Assembly (NCBI GenBank): GCA_964525785.1
Contig: CAZGIX010000001.1
Coordinates: 6,249 to 70,248, forward strand
Reading direction: 5' to 3'
Length of the DNA: 64,000 nucleotides
Origin: an uncultured Anaerolineaceae bacterium
GTDB taxonomy: Bacteria > Chloroflexota > Anaerolineae > Anaerolineales > UBA4823
A model generated the notes under the pieces. It ran no database searches. It was given only the letters and a program-made list of their open reading frames with translations, and was not told where the DNA came from. Positions 19,501 through 28,272 of the stretch are shown in pieces (within the stretch, counting starts at the first letter, position 1; every line of letters begins with the position of its first letter). The position numbers and the translations under genes were made by a program.

Positions 19501-22469
19501 CCAATTTCGAACAAGCCATCTTTATCGCTGATCAGATCAAACGATTGCACAATCCTGTCGTAGGAGTAAGACTCCCAATCGTATTGTGCCAGTTCCAGCT
19601 TAACAGAGCGTTGGCTGACCGGTAGGTTCTCCAGGTCGGTAATATTGCCCGATACCCGAAATTCTTCGCCGGGGGTCTTCAGCCAATTTCCGGTGTCCAG
19701 CTTGTAGATCTCAGAGGTGTTATATACCTTGAACACTGTAAAGGCACTGACCGTCTGATGGCTGCCGTCATCGAGGGTGGCCTCCAATCCCCAGGTAGTA
19801 TGAATCCCATTCGTGGATGCCAACGAGTCGGTATAGCCCATGCTGCCCGTAGTTGCAGGAAAACCGTATGAGAAATGCCCTTGCGCGTCGGTACGACCCT
19901 CCGTTTCGGTATCGTAACCTCCCACCCACACGTACTCCGGTGTATCTCTCTCGTCTGAGTCGGAATATGAATAATCATATTCCACCAGCTCGTAGAGTTT
20001 GGTGGTCACGAAAGCTCCGGCAACCTGCTGGCCAAAGAAATAGCTGGCGTCTAAATCTACCTGCACTGGATCAGCAGCAACATAGTATGTCTGGTCGGTG
20101 TTGATGTTGATCGTGAAATCTGGCTTACGGTAATCCTGTACTTTAAATAACTGGCGGTGGATATCATCCATGACTTCCAGCTCGATCTGGTAGTCTCCCA
20201 GCATGGCGCCTTCAGCTAGTAGAAACTCACCATTAAGGGTTCCAAAGGCACTAGTCGCCAGCTCATAGGTTTGGACGATGTTATTGCGCGCATCCCGAAT
20301 GCGCATGGTCGCTGGAGTTCCTTCGGTCATCAATTCGATTTGAGAGTCATTATCCAAACGTAAAACTGCTTTGAAGTAGACGCTTTGGCCCGGCTTATAG
20401 ATTGGGCGATCGGTGTAGATATATGCGGCGGTGCGCATCGTTTTAGGTGCTGCCTGCCACCAGCCCCACCAACCTGCTCCCGTTTGCCATTCGTTGCTCA
20501 AACCGCTAACGGTAATATCTGTGCCCTCGAAATCTCGCCCGGTGAGCGCCAGGCTATCCTCGGCAACGACAATTAGCGGCTGTGGATCGCGAGCTACTCG
20601 CGCCTGGTATATGCCGATCTCGTCTGCACGCCCCTGGGCGATCTGCTCGCCGTCGCGCGCGAATATGCTGATCCTGGTCCCCGGTCTGGAATTGCCGTTA
20701 ATATCTGTGATCCAGCACACAATCTGCCCTTCAGCCTGTTTCACCACCAGGGTGTTGCGTGTCAGCACCAGCAGCAGTTGGTCGGTAGCTCCGGCTGGGG
20801 AGTTCATAGTGAGCACATACAGCCCAGCATCGATATCATCAGGTATGATCGTTTCACGCGATGTGCCCTCCCATCCACCTGATCTGCCGCGCAGATTATC
20901 CTCCCACTCAGTGATGAGTGCCCCCCCAGCGGTGCTGATCGGCCCACGCTCGAAGCCCGCAACGCCGCGAAATCCGGAGGAATAGCGATCCAGAAACTGC
21001 TCCAGGTTTAAGCGATGGATTGTGAAGCTGATCGGTCCGCTGTCCTGGGGAGCGTAATACTGCACTGCGCGGCGCCCGTCCACGTCAATAACCTGGGCGT
21101 TCGGACCGTAATCGCCAAAACCCGGCGCTCCGTAGCGGTACGGAGCAAAGGCGGTGAAAGTAAGCAAATAAGGCTCAAGCAGGGCAGGCTCGCCTTGTGC
21201 AGTGAGTGCGTCTGTAGTCAGGCTGACGGTATAGCTGTGATCTGGCTCAAAGCCGCTCTCCGGTTGGAAAATAAGGGTACGACCTTCCCAGGTAAAGCTG
21301 CCTTTGATGGCGGGTTCCACATGGAATGCTGCTTCAGTTGAGGAGTGATCCATCTCGAGGGTAAAGGTAATCTGGACTGGCTCATTATGCGGGTGAGCTC
21401 CATCCATGGGGAGTGGGTCGGTCCACAGAATTGGGGGAGGCGTCTGGAAAATTACCGGTGGGGGTGGAGGAAGTGAATCACCATGATTGTCGAGCAGCCC
21501 GTCGGTGAGGCTGATCGAATATTGCGTGCTGTAGGGAAGGCTTTGGGAGCCAACAAGGACGATCTGCTTTTCTCCTTGTCGAGTCCATGTGCCCTGGGTA
21601 GATGGTTCGATGTGGATGATCTGATTTAGATCCAGGTTCTGGATAGAGTAGTTTAACAAGATTTCGATCAGCCCGTTCTCAACCACATCGCTTCCATCGG
21701 ATACTTCATTAACCAGCGCTGGCAGGCTATAATCCCAGCGGTAATCTTCTCCGAGAGTTATCCCTCGAGCGTCCTTTGCCTCACCCGCCAGGGTAAAATG
21801 ATAGCGCTGACCCGGATTCAGGAGCTGCTGAGGGGTGATGGATGCGGTGTTCCCATGCCAACGAATGTTTAACGGGAGATCTGGCTGTACGTCCAAGGCA
21901 CTTGCGAAGGATTTGGCATCCATCGCCTGATCGAAAACAAGCTGGATGCTGGGTTTGCGATTTTCCAGGCTTGTTTCAGCCGGCGTGCGGGTGAGAAGCT
22001 GGGGAGGAGGCAGGATTGATATTTCCCATTTGATCGCATCTTCCAGAACGCCGCCGTTATGGCTGCGTAAATCTTCGTTGAGCAGGAGCTGGTAAGTTTG
22101 GTTGGATTTAAATCCGGTCAGCGGTGTGAAAGTCAGGCTCGTTTTGCTCTCATCCCAACGGATCTCGCCGTCTACCCAGGGATAAGTCAGCAGGGGGAAT
22201 GTTGTGCTCTCCGGGTCCATCCCCTGATTGAACTGCACTTTGATGGGTGCTCCTGGTAGGAAATGGTCTAGATCGATATCGGATTGTATCTCCGCGGAAA
22301 CCGGGGTGGGGGTGGTCTCTGGTCGGGGGGAGTCCGTGGGTTTGGGCTGCACCTGGGCGACTGCTGCAGACTCAGCCTGGCTGTCGGCTGTCTTGGGGAC
22401 AGGCGATGCTCCACGACACGAGAGCAGGAGTCCAAAGATAAGTGAGGCAAGAATCAACCGGCGAATCAT
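16584..22469 (-). CDS. Bacterial alpha-2-macroglobulin family lipoprotein (1961 aa) with a thioester site
   Basis: Lipobox LLLSC after the signal peptide, and a GGAGGG RBS. Four N-terminal Ig-like (SbsA-type) repeats. Thioester motif GYPYGCVEQTMSR. The C-terminal region is alpha-helical, toroid-like. Confidence 0.9.
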   Translation of the reverse strand: MIRRLILASLIFGLLLSCRGASPVPKTADSQAESAAVAQVQPKPTDSPRPETTPTPVSAEIQSDIDLDHFLPGAPIKVQFNQGMDPESTTFPLLTYPWVDGEIRWDESKTSLTFTPLTGFKSNQTYQLLLNEDLRSHNGGVLEDAIKWEISILPPPQLLTRTPAETSLENRKPSIQLVFDQAMDAKSFASALDVQPDLPLNIRWHGNTASITPQQLLNPGQRYHFTLAGEAKDARGITLGEDYRWDYSLPALVNEVSDGSDVVENGLIEILLNYSIQNLDLNQIIHIEPSTQGTWTRQGEKQIVLVGSQSLPYSTQYSISLTDGLLDNHGDSLPPPPPVIFQTPPPILWTDPLPMDGAHPHNEPVQITFTLEMDHSSTEAAFHVEPAIKGSFTWEGRTLIFQPESGFEPDHSYTVSLTTDALTAQGEPALLEPYLLTFTAFAPYRYGAPGFGDYGPNAQVIDVDGRRAVQYYAPQDSGPISFTIHRLNLEQFLDRYSSGFRGVAGFERGPISTAGGALITEWEDNLRGRSGGWEGTSRETIIPDDIDAGLYVLTMNSPAGATDQLLLVLTRNTLVVKQAEGQIVCWITDINGNSRPGTRISIFARDGEQIAQGRADEIGIYQARVARDPQPLIVVAEDSLALTGRDFEGTDITVSGLSNEWQTGAGWWGWWQAAPKTMRTAAYIYTDRPIYKPGQSVYFKAVLRLDNDSQIELMTEGTPATMRIRDARNNIVQTYELATSAFGTLNGEFLLAEGAMLGDYQIELEVMDDIHRQLFKVQDYRKPDFTININTDQTYYVAADPVQVDLDASYFFGQQVAGAFVTTKLYELVEYDYSYSDSDERDTPEYVWVGGYDTETEGRTDAQGHFSYGFPATTGSMGYTDSLASTNGIHTTWGLEATLDDGSHQTVSAFTVFKVYNTSEIYKLDTGNWLKTPGEEFRVSGNITDLENLPVSQRSVKLELAQYDWESYSYDRIVQSFDLISDKDGLFEIGMTIDRSGYYQLRLVGKDSHDNAILETTWLYAYRPRDRWASDYIETLRIAADKSTYTPGETARLMIESSFSGSALLTFERGTTRRAQAVQLTSPVTLVEVPIQSEDAPNIYITVNAWQEQDTRLTQDTYTSLNDSKLRTASVELLVPVVGRRLNINITPDQPDYAPGDEATFTIEVTDEQGNPVQAELSAALVDEAIFSLSENLSGSIFDAFYAPRDHIVRTYDSMALERYLMMGGMGGGGGGDSGNPRSDFPDTAAWFPLLTTDEQGSVTFSLTLPDSLTSWRLTARAITIDHMVGDSQVNIVTKKEIVVRPILPNILTNGDKVELSAMLHNYSSEPVELAVSIQIHNGDESGQPASTPPILISGSPTQSLNLSPGEVRMLGWNGEVLAAGSARVTVSAIPVDTALVGDAVVLLLPIQERAVAEVNNQVGDFTGEFNTAIVVPGGVLESSTVLIEVSRSIAGTLLTGLEFLTGYPYGCVEQTMSRALPNAVVGRAFHQLGVSNPTLESDLPALINAGLQRLYGYQHNDGGWGWWYDDQTHDYQTAWVVFGLAVTAEAGYEGDPQVIQRGADWLKAYVQDPNPVAMGYAGDHITAYTGDQEFEGADLRTQAFALFSLAYAGYGDIDATLRLADQAYELDTFSEAALALALFKLGAHEQAQAILALLAESAVQRDGLVYWPNPYEDGHYYEKTMSSSVRSTALALDAFVNIRPDHPLVPGMVRWLMKQRSQNGWGSTNETAFTIIALTDHLLAEQALTADTEYAISLNDDVISSGLLGPGEPVISLEVPVTQLQTGGNLISMHSASDQRLYYLINSRMEFPYEQVEAAGSVQVERTYTSADTNEVITSYKTGELLRVTLRVTLPDKGFFIIVEDKLPGGLEALNESLNTTSHEQTLYEEPTYYWQDYGYNNKEVHSDRVSFFISELGFGEHTYSYLARATRSGSFTALPAEVYAMYDATVWGRSASDSIEVLP

Positions 22470-22648
22470 GTGGTTCCCTCCCCAATCGATCGTCAGACCA
22501 CGCAGCCTGGCAGCATAAAAGGTTTATACCTGATTGATTATTAGAGTTACAGATGGTTGTATGCTACATGCGTACGCATATAAGTTTACCGACTATCAAA
22601 TACCTATGCATCCTACTTTTGAATGAATGCCGAAGTGCGAATGGATGA

Positions 22649-25072
22649 TTATCGGCGATCGTCGACCGGCTTGCCCAGGATTAAATCCGCCTGCTGGAAG
22701 ATGCCGCATGAGAAGTGATTTCCCAATGGAGCAAGCTGCTCTCCATCAACGAATACCCGTTCGAGTTTATCTGCATGAAGGACTGTCTCAATATCCGGGT
22801 AAGGGAAGGGGTATTCACCTTCGGTTTGCCAATCGATTCGGTATCCATGCGGTATTGTATGCATCTTATACTTATCTACTCGCCCCGCACCAAACCCATC
22901 GCCGGCATCGGAATACAACAGGCTGTTCCCCTCTCCCGGGTAGATGTTAAGGGACAATCGCTCTCTGTCTAACAAAGGCAGCAGTAATCCGCCGCGCACA
23001 AATACCGGTATATTCTCCAGGTTCACCGGTATGGTAAAGTTCCCCGGTCCTTGATAGAAATGATCGTCCCAGAAAGAATACCATGACCCTTTTGGAAAAC
23101 TAACCTGGCGCTTCTCCAGCCCAACAGAAAATACTGGGGCGATGAGCAGGGTGTCCCCTAACATGTAGCCGTCATCGATATCCCACAGCTCTGGTTGATC
23201 CTGATCCCTAAAAAAGATGGGGCGTACAATTGGATAACCTCGCTGGCTGGCTTCCCAAGCAAGCGTATATAGATAAGGCAGGAGCTGATAACGCAAATTG
23301 ATATAGCGGCGTATGATGCCTGTATATGGTTCGCCAAACACCCACGGCTCGCGTCTTTGGGTGATCAATGAGGAATGCGTCCGAAAGAACGGCAGGAATG
23401 CAGCCAGCTGGAACCAGCGCGTATATAGCTCCGGAGTTGGATCGCCACTGAAGCCACCGATGTCCGGACCGCAGTAAGGAATTCCGGAAAATGCCAGAGC
23501 GAGTGTCGCGGTCAGGCTGAGCTTCAATCCTGCCCAGGTGCTCTCGCTGTCAGCAGTCCAGTTCCAGGCATAGCGTTGGTTGCCTGCCCATCCCGATCGA
23601 GATAGGATCCAGGGTCGCTTGTGAGGAGCGTACTGCTTCATTGCCGCGTATCCAGCCCGGTTCATCTGCAGCCCGTACACGTTATGTCCCTGGTAGTGAT
23701 CACCTCCGGTCCCTTCCAGGTCGAGACTCATATTGAGGGGGAGATGATTGCCGCCCCAAGCATTGAACGCAGTCGGCTCATTCATATCGTGCCAGATACC
23801 ATCCAGACCCCGTTTGAGAAGGCGAGGATAGAACTCCTGCCACCATTTCCGCACACGAGAAGAAGTAAAATCAGGGAACACGGTCGGTCCGGAAAATGCC
23901 ACCGCGGTAAGTGTTTTTCCACCGGGGTCGGTGCAGTAGGCGTTTGCTTCCAGTCCGCTGCGGTAGATATCGTACCCGTCTTCCACCTTGATACCTGGAT
24001 CCAGGATGCCTGCTAAGTGAATTCCATCGCGCTTTAAATCTGCAGACAGCTCTTCAATGTCCGCGAAGCGGTCAGGATCGAAAGTGAAGGACCTGCGATC
24101 ATGCATGTAATCAAGGTCCAGATGGACAGCGCTTAGATTGAGGCGATGCTCCTTGAAACCTTGAACCACCTGGCGGATGTCTTCAGTAGATTTGTATCCC
24201 CATCGAGATTGGTGGTAGCCTAGACTCCAGATTGGCGGCAGCGGGGCTTTTCCCGTCAGGCAGCTGAATTGCTCGATTGCACTCGAAAATGGTCCTTGGA
24301 TGAAGTAATAACGCAGCGCGCCCATCTCGAAGGTAAGCCTGGCTGAATCCGACTCATAAGTCGAGCGGCTGCCCATCTCAAAAGTCGATGGGCAATGGTT
24401 TTCATAGAATATCAGATAGCTTCCCCCTTCGTGAAGCCCGAAAAATACCGGTATCGGCATATAGAGCGGATCGATCCCAGGCCCGTAGATACCTCCAGGA
24501 TCGGTGGCCCACATGCGGTGCGTCTGGGCGCGTAAGTTCAATCCCTGGGCGTGAAGCCCCAATCCGTAGATGTGCTCCCCTGGCAGCAGTGAAGCCTGCT
24601 GCACCCAGCCTTGACCTGAGCGTACAGGTGGATAGAGTGAATGCAGCAGGCTGTTGTTCGGGTCGAGAAACTGCACCTGGCCTGTCGCATGGACCTCTAT
24701 TTGTAGATCTGAAGTGGAAAGGAGAAAACCATCCTGGAGAGGTAGGTGATGAACATCCGTCTCTGGCCACTTTGCTTGCTCGATTGCATAAGGCACTGGC
24801 AGCCTGCCGGGCTGCCAGGTTAACCGCGCCAGGTCTTTGGCGAGAAAGACCAATTCAAGGCTGGCATGTTCAAAGCCAATCTGCCAGCCGTGCGGTACTG
24901 GATCGGTTTTGGTCAGCTTCCCAATTGGTGAGCTGGATTTGGCCAACCGCTGGCGGTAGGTGCGATCCGAACACTGCCTGGACAGGCTGAAACGAATAGC
25001 GCGCAGGCTGTTAGCAATGCCGAGGCCTTTTACTCCCAGGAGAATAGTGACCAGACTACGTGGTGTAGACAC
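22649..25072 (-). CDS. Glycoside hydrolase family 31 alpha-glucosidase/xylosidase
   Basis: Catalytic nucleophile context GIWHDMNEP and downstream WTADSESTW. The start is GTG, so the N-terminus is uncertain. Confidence 0.88.
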   Translation of the reverse strand: MSTPRSLVTILLGVKGLGIANSLRAIRFSLSRQCSDRTYRQRLAKSSSPIGKLTKTDPVPHGWQIGFEHASLELVFLAKDLARLTWQPGRLPVPYAIEQAKWPETDVHHLPLQDGFLLSTSDLQIEVHATGQVQFLDPNNSLLHSLYPPVRSGQGWVQQASLLPGEHIYGLGLHAQGLNLRAQTHRMWATDPGGIYGPGIDPLYMPIPVFFGLHEGGSYLIFYENHCPSTFEMGSRSTYESDSARLTFEMGALRYYFIQGPFSSAIEQFSCLTGKAPLPPIWSLGYHQSRWGYKSTEDIRQVVQGFKEHRLNLSAVHLDLDYMHDRRSFTFDPDRFADIEELSADLKRDGIHLAGILDPGIKVEDGYDIYRSGLEANAYCTDPGGKTLTAVAFSGPTVFPDFTSSRVRKWWQEFYPRLLKRGLDGIWHDMNEPTAFNAWGGNHLPLNMSLDLEGTGGDHYQGHNVYGLQMNRAGYAAMKQYAPHKRPWILSRSGWAGNQRYAWNWTADSESTWAGLKLSLTATLALAFSGIPYCGPDIGGFSGDPTPELYTRWFQLAAFLPFFRTHSSLITQRREPWVFGEPYTGIIRRYINLRYQLLPYLYTLAWEASQRGYPIVRPIFFRDQDQPELWDIDDGYMLGDTLLIAPVFSVGLEKRQVSFPKGSWYSFWDDHFYQGPGNFTIPVNLENIPVFVRGGLLLPLLDRERLSLNIYPGEGNSLLYSDAGDGFGAGRVDKYKMHTIPHGYRIDWQTEGEYPFPYPDIETVLHADKLERVFVDGEQLAPLGNHFSCGIFQQADLILGKPVDDRR

Positions 25073-25190
25073 AAGACGGATCTAGGTAATTTGTTTGGCA
25101 TCTTGCGCATAGCCATTATTGGGTTCTGAGGGACCCGATCAGCTGAATGGCAACTATATGAGATTAGTATCTCCGCATAGCAATTGCTTG

Positions 25191-26477
25191 TCAAGTTACA
25201 AAATATATTCTACAAGCTTCATCGATTAAGGATGGAGTAAGTCGGGGGGGTACGTTGTCGTATTCGCATAAAGCCTGGATCGTCCTCAAGATGTCGCGAG
25301 GATGGACTGACTGCAGCGTCCTCCCGGTTTGCAGATACCAACGCTGCAGCAGATACACGAAGGCTTCACGCTCGAAAGCAATTCCATAAACTTTTGACAT
25401 CGTTATAAAGATCTGATAAAAAAGCTTCTCATCCGGGGACCCGACCTCAACTTTAATATGTATACGCCGTAAGAAGGCATCGTCAACCAACGAGCGGGGC
25501 TCAAGATTGGTGCTGAATACCAGGAACATTCGGAAAGGAACGACAATGGTCTGCCCGGTGTTCAACCGTAGGAAATCGATCAAGTTTTCAAGGGGCACAA
25601 TCCAGCGATTGAGCAGATCTTCAGGGCGCACTTGTTGGCGACCAAAATCGTCGATTAAGAACATGCCCCCATTGGCTTTCAATTGCAGCGGAGCTTCATA
25701 AAACTTCGCTACCGGATCAAAGCGCAGATCAAGGGCATCCATTTTGAGCTCGCCGCCCACCATTACAGTGGGACGTTTAAACATTCCCCAGCGTTGATCG
25801 ACGCGCCCGATCTCAATGGTGCGATTCCCTTCAACCGGGATAGACTTATGTACCAACCGGTCGTGAATTTGGATGACCTGACCGCCGGCGGTGAGTGCAT
25901 ATGGTATCCAGATCGGATCGGTTCCGGCAATGAGATGTCCAATCGCCTCAGCGATTGTGGTCTTGCCGTTGCCTGGTGGACCATAAAGAAAAAGAGAGGT
26001 GCCTGAATTGATAGCTGGTCCAATGCGGCGATGAAAATCATCTGGCAAAATCAATGTTTTTATCGCATCTTTTACCTGGTGCGATGAGATCCTCTGCCGG
26101 CGCTGTGTTTGGAGCTCGATCCCGCGATTGTAGTATGGGATAGAGACCGGTACCGGACCTATATAGGAGCTACGCTCGTTGGCGTCTCGGGCGCGCTGCT
26201 CTCCGGCATCAGTCAAGGCATATGAATACCCAAGGCGCCCCAGGTCCGAGCTGACCTTTGAGACTTCAACGAGGTGTTCTTTTTGCATCCAGAGCAGCAA
26301 ATTGTCGATCAACCGGTTCGGTATTTTGAGCACCTCAACAAACCGGCTTAGTGAAACATTTCCCTCATTGAACAATAAACGAAAGATCAAGTCAATCACA
26401 ATATTCTGGGGGATGTGGAGTGAATCCAGATCTTGTGGTTCGGCCAATATTTCCTTAAGACTCATCTCTCCAACCAT
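25191..26477 (-). CDS. AAA+ ATPase with an N-terminal winged-helix-like domain
   Basis: Walker A LYGPPGNGKTT, Walker B GGMFLIDDFGRQ, sensor-1 VFSTN, and Arg in DDAFLRRI. AGGAG RBS 9 nt upstream of the start. Confidence 0.8.
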   Translation of the reverse strand: MVGEMSLKEILAEPQDLDSLHIPQNIVIDLIFRLLFNEGNVSLSRFVEVLKIPNRLIDNLLLWMQKEHLVEVSKVSSDLGRLGYSYALTDAGEQRARDANERSSYIGPVPVSIPYYNRGIELQTQRRQRISSHQVKDAIKTLILPDDFHRRIGPAINSGTSLFLYGPPGNGKTTIAEAIGHLIAGTDPIWIPYALTAGGQVIQIHDRLVHKSIPVEGNRTIEIGRVDQRWGMFKRPTVMVGGELKMDALDLRFDPVAKFYEAPLQLKANGGMFLIDDFGRQQVRPEDLLNRWIVPLENLIDFLRLNTGQTIVVPFRMFLVFSTNLEPRSLVDDAFLRRIHIKVEVGSPDEKLFYQIFITMSKVYGIAFEREAFVYLLQRWYLQTGRTLQSVHPRDILRTIQALCEYDNVPPRLTPSLIDEACRIYFVT

Positions 26478-26547
26478 CTATACACTCCTGGAAGGTAAAT
26501 AATTACCCCTCACCTCTCTAGAGACTAGAACTGATTTTAACATCCTC

Positions 26548-26566
26548 TTAGCGAAAACTTCGCTAA
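26548..26566. promoter_or_regulatory. Perfect inverted repeat in a divergent promoter region (candidate operator)
   Basis: TTAGCGAA-AAC-TTCGCTAA, with 8 bp arms. It lies in the 209 nt gap between the AAA+ ATPase gene and the FHA-GAF-cyclase gene. Confidence 0.25.
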
Positions 26567-26686
26567 AAAGGTGTGAAATCACCATGCAAAGTTGTAAGCT
26601 ACCAGATCAATGAACGAAAGAATCTTTTACTTTCTACCAGTTATCCTGTAAAATTAAATGCGGCTCTTTAGGTGAGGTATTAGCAT

Positions 26687-28177
26687 ATGTGGTTGTTGAT
26701 CCTGCGTTCATTAGATGGAAAACCGCGTGAGTATTCTATCTCGCCCGGACGCACCACGATTGGTCGGCGGGCGGATAATGATATTGTCATTTCGGACCTG
26801 TCTGCTTCGCGCCTGCATGCAGAAATACTGTTTGATCCCGAAGAGGATAATCTCATTGTCCGGGATTTAGGCAGTACGAACGGTACCTTCGTTAATCGTG
26901 AGCGCCTGATCGAACCGCGCTTGCTTTCGCCAAGAGATGTGATCCGCATCGGAGAGCATCTGATAACGGTCTTCCAGCCTCAACCCAGCCTTCCAACCGG
27001 GTCTCTTGTGCCAGGCACGCAGGTGCTGACCCGGGATGTTGTGCTGGAGTCGATCGACCAGCATGCGGTTTTGATGTACGATGCGGCTCGAAAGCTGAAT
27101 ACTGTGCTTGATGTTGACAGTGCCTTGCGTGAAGTCGCTTCGATGATTCGCCTGGCGTTAGGTGCGGATCGATGTGAGGTAATCCTTCCTGAAAAGTTTG
27201 ATAACCTGCGTGATATTGGTTTTCCCGTGACGATTGCCAAGATGGCTGTCGAGCGGCGGTCCGTTGTAAATATTCCCGACATCTCACTAGAAGAAGATCG
27301 CATTCGAGAGAGTGCCTCCTTGCTCCGTATTTGCGCTGTGCTATGCGTGCCTGTCTTAAGCGGAGATGAGGTGATGGCGCTTATCTATATGTATAAAACA
27401 AATCCTGCTGAACGACCGTTCGACCAACAGGATATCCAGCTGGCAGTTGCTATCAGCCATCAAGCTGCATTGACCCTTCAGAGAATGCAGTTATTGGAAC
27501 GTGTTTCCGGAGAGCAGCGTGTTCGCCAGGTACTTCAGCGCTTTGTCTCCCCAACCGAAGTTGAGTTCATCATGAAGAACTATAAGACTACAGGTGTGCT
27601 GCCTGGTTTGGGGGAACACCGGATAACAGTCTTGTTCGCGGATATTGCTGACTCAACCGGTCTGGCGGAGCGCCAGGGGCCCAAGGTATTTGGGGACTTG
27701 CTCAGCCGGTACTATCAGGAAATGACCAAAATTATTTTCGATTCAGGCGGATTGGTGGATAAATATCTGGGAGATGGCATCATGGCGGTCTTCGGGATGA
27801 CCGGGGATGCAGCCAATCACGAAGTGCGAGCCGTCCGGGCGGGATTGAAGATGCTGGATACCCTGGAGTCCGTTTTCAGTGATTTCAACGAGGATATCCG
27901 TATTGGAGTTGGTGTAAACACCGGTGAAGTTGTTGCGGGGTATGTCGGTACTGACCAGCGGGTCGAATTAACTGTTTTGGGCGATACAGTGAACGTGGCT
28001 GCCGGGCTGCAGACCATGGCAAGGCCAAATCGGATCATTGTTGGACCAGCTACTCAGGCAGCGATTGTGGGGGTATTTGAAACGACACGTGTTGGGCCAA
28101 TTACCGTCAAAGGTCGGACGCGTGATATTCAAGGGTACGAAGTTTTACGCACGCCAAATTTCTCGGCAAGTTATTAG
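26687..28177 (+). CDS. FHA - GAF - class III adenylate/guanylate cyclase domain protein
   Basis: FHA: TTIGRRADNDIVISDLSASRLHAEI...GSTNGTFVN. Central GAF domain. Cyclase: ITVLFADIADSTGL, DKYLGDGIMAVFG, GDTVNVAAGLQ. Confidence 0.9.
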   Translation: MWLLILRSLDGKPREYSISPGRTTIGRRADNDIVISDLSASRLHAEILFDPEEDNLIVRDLGSTNGTFVNRERLIEPRLLSPRDVIRIGEHLITVFQPQPSLPTGSLVPGTQVLTRDVVLESIDQHAVLMYDAARKLNTVLDVDSALREVASMIRLALGADRCEVILPEKFDNLRDIGFPVTIAKMAVERRSVVNIPDISLEEDRIRESASLLRICAVLCVPVLSGDEVMALIYMYKTNPAERPFDQQDIQLAVAISHQAALTLQRMQLLERVSGEQRVRQVLQRFVSPTEVEFIMKNYKTTGVLPGLGEHRITVLFADIADSTGLAERQGPKVFGDLLSRYYQEMTKIIFDSGGLVDKYLGDGIMAVFGMTGDAANHEVRAVRAGLKMLDTLESVFSDFNEDIRIGVGVNTGEVVAGYVGTDQRVELTVLGDTVNVAAGLQTMARPNRIIVGPATQAAIVGVFETTRVGPITVKGRTRDIQGYEVLRTPNFSASY

Positions 28178-28203
28178 AGACTATCTCAAAAACAGGAGGT
28201 TAT

Positions 28204-28240
28204 GGGGTGTATTTGGCGACGAAGCCGCCACATACACCCT
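28204..28240. terminator. Candidate bidirectional intrinsic terminator between convergent genes
   Basis: Hairpin GGGGTGTATTTGGCG-ACGAAGC-CGCCACATACACCC with one mismatch. It is followed by a T-run (28250-28254) on the plus strand. Confidence 0.4.
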
Positions 28241-28272
28241 ATGTTACCATTTTTAAGATGGCCTCTAGTAGC

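Noticed and set aside
20431-20985. Many 60-250 aa antisense or out-of-frame ORFs inside large genes, for example 20431-20985, 47987-48619, 52628-53368, 55403-55930, 58257-58796 and 30530-31012.
   Set aside because: They lie entirely within ORFs that have strong family motifs on the other strand or frame. Their composition is Arg/Ala/Pro/Ser-rich, typical of shadow ORFs, and they have no RBS.
22568-22579. A 12 bp perfect palindrome, ATGCGTACGCAT, about 100 nt upstream of the alpha-2-macroglobulin gene.
   Set aside because: It is a short, isolated palindrome, which can occur by chance in 64 kb. There is no second half-site or adjacent regulator gene, so it is not called as a feature.
26687-28177. 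The cyclase as part of a cyclic-nucleotide antiphage system (Pycsar/CBASS-like).
   Set aside because: No adjacent effector (TIR, TM or nuclease) is present. The FHA-GAF-cyclase architecture is typical of housekeeping signalling proteins, and the neighbouring AAA+ gene is divergent rather than operonic.
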